A model generated the notes under the pieces. It did not search any database. It was given only the letters and a program-made list of their open reading frames with translations, and was not told the origin of the DNA. A stretch of DNA of 64,000 bases from NCBI GenBank assembly GCA_964016885.1, contig OZ024759.1, forward strand, positions 18,910,001 through 18,974,000, given 5' to 3'. The DNA comes from Eledone cirrhosa. Taxonomy: Eukaryota. The position numbers were made by a program, and so were the translations under genes. This document shows positions 62,844-64,000 of this stretch, one piece after another (the stretch's first letter is position 1; every line of letters begins with the position of its first letter).

Positions 62844-63045
62844 ATTATTTCTTTAACATTAATATATTAGATTGACAAACCACAAAATCATAATTATTTC
62901 CAATAAACTCATACAGAATAGTTGGTGTGCGTTGTCTTTAAGTGATCAGACGATCTCTTAGAAATAAAAGCCATATTAAACTTCTATTTGAAAGTGATGT
63001 TACTCATCTAAATTCCTGTAGCTGCCACTTTAATAATAATAATAA

Positions 63046-63862
63046 TTGTTTCTACTTTTGGCACAAGGCCAGCAAATAACCCAGTACATTACTGGTACTT
63101 ATTTTATCCACCCCGCAAGGATAAAAGGCAAAGTTGACCTCGGCGGGATTTGAACTGAGAATGGAAAGGGCCGTAACTATGCGTCAAAGCATGGCGTCCG
63201 ACCCTCTACCGATACTGCCAATTCACACACAGATTTCAAGATGCTGAGCCTCACAATGATTGGTGGCACACAGTACTGAGAAGATCAATGCATGGAGGTT
63301 GGGATGTTCTAGTATAGGCACAAGGCCAGTAATTTGGGGGGAGGGGAAAGTCGATTAAATCGACCCCAGTGCGTGACTGGTACTTTATTTTATCGACCCG
63401 GTAAGGATGAAAGGCAAAGTTAACCTCGGCGGGATTTGAACTCAGAATGGCAAGGGCCGTAACTCTATGCGTCAAAGCATGGCGTCCGACCTTCTACCGA
63501 TACTGCCAATCCTGATTTATAATTGAAGCACATGGCCCACAATTTGTGGGGAGGGGAAGTCGACTACATCAACCTCAGTACATGAATTTTATTGACCACG
63601 AAATGATGAAAGGTAAAACTGACATCGGCAGAATTTGAACTCAGAATATAAAGAATCGAAATAAATACTGCTAGCCATTTTTTCCAAAGTTCTAATGACT
63701 GTCAAGCAAACACCTTCCTTTGGCAAATGATTCTCCTTACACTGGCACAAGGCCAACAATTTCTGTGGTGGCAAAGTCGATTATATCGCCCCTAGTACGT
63801 TACTGGTAGTTTAATTTATCGACCTCGCAAAGATAAAAGGCAAAGTTAACATCGGCGGGATC
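63046..63862 (-). mobile_element. cluster of four SINE family 1-related copies of differing age
   Basis: Copies at 63046-63224, 63317-63512, ~63528-63700, ~63742-63862. Confidence 0.85.
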
Positions 63863-63891
63863 TACCCTTGGCAAATAATAAAATCATAATT

Positions 63892-64000
63892 GCCGTATAT
63901 GCTCGAATATAACGTGACCCCAGTTATATGTCTGAGAAATGGGCAAATATCCAAACCCTGTTTATAAGCCGAGGCAGCTAATTAACATTATGTTTAGATA
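63892..64000. mobile_element. possible Tc1/mariner (pogo-like) MITE left end
   Basis: ccgtatatgctcgaatataa..tataagccgagg resembles the termini of such MITEs; runs off the window. Confidence 0.4.

Overview
AT-rich eukaryotic, repeat-dominated DNA. The SINE families and microsatellite load resemble an octopus genome (inference). No confident host protein-coding gene was found, and almost all track ORFs are microsatellite translations. The window holds: ~13 young copies of a ~185-bp tRNA-derived SINE, many with TSDs; CORE/Meta-type SINEs; 3' fragments of CR1, R4/Dong and RTE LINEs; a 5'-truncated Penelope-like element (PLE) with GIY-YIG motifs; hAT-type MITEs; and a ~6-7 kb duplication around a 200-N gap, probably two haplotypes, with reciprocal insertion polymorphisms. 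The main signal is a dense set of short, mutually unrelated, (TA)n-embedded non-coding elements. Many are fold-backs, and many carry minimal hammerhead ribozymes (HHR) read by eye, including U3-A8 core variants. Eight families share an ACTC-stem-2-nt-bulge-GAGT hairpin near their 3' end, a candidate common cis signal for PLE-type retrotransposition. All structures were folded by eye, and coordinates are approximate to a few bases.
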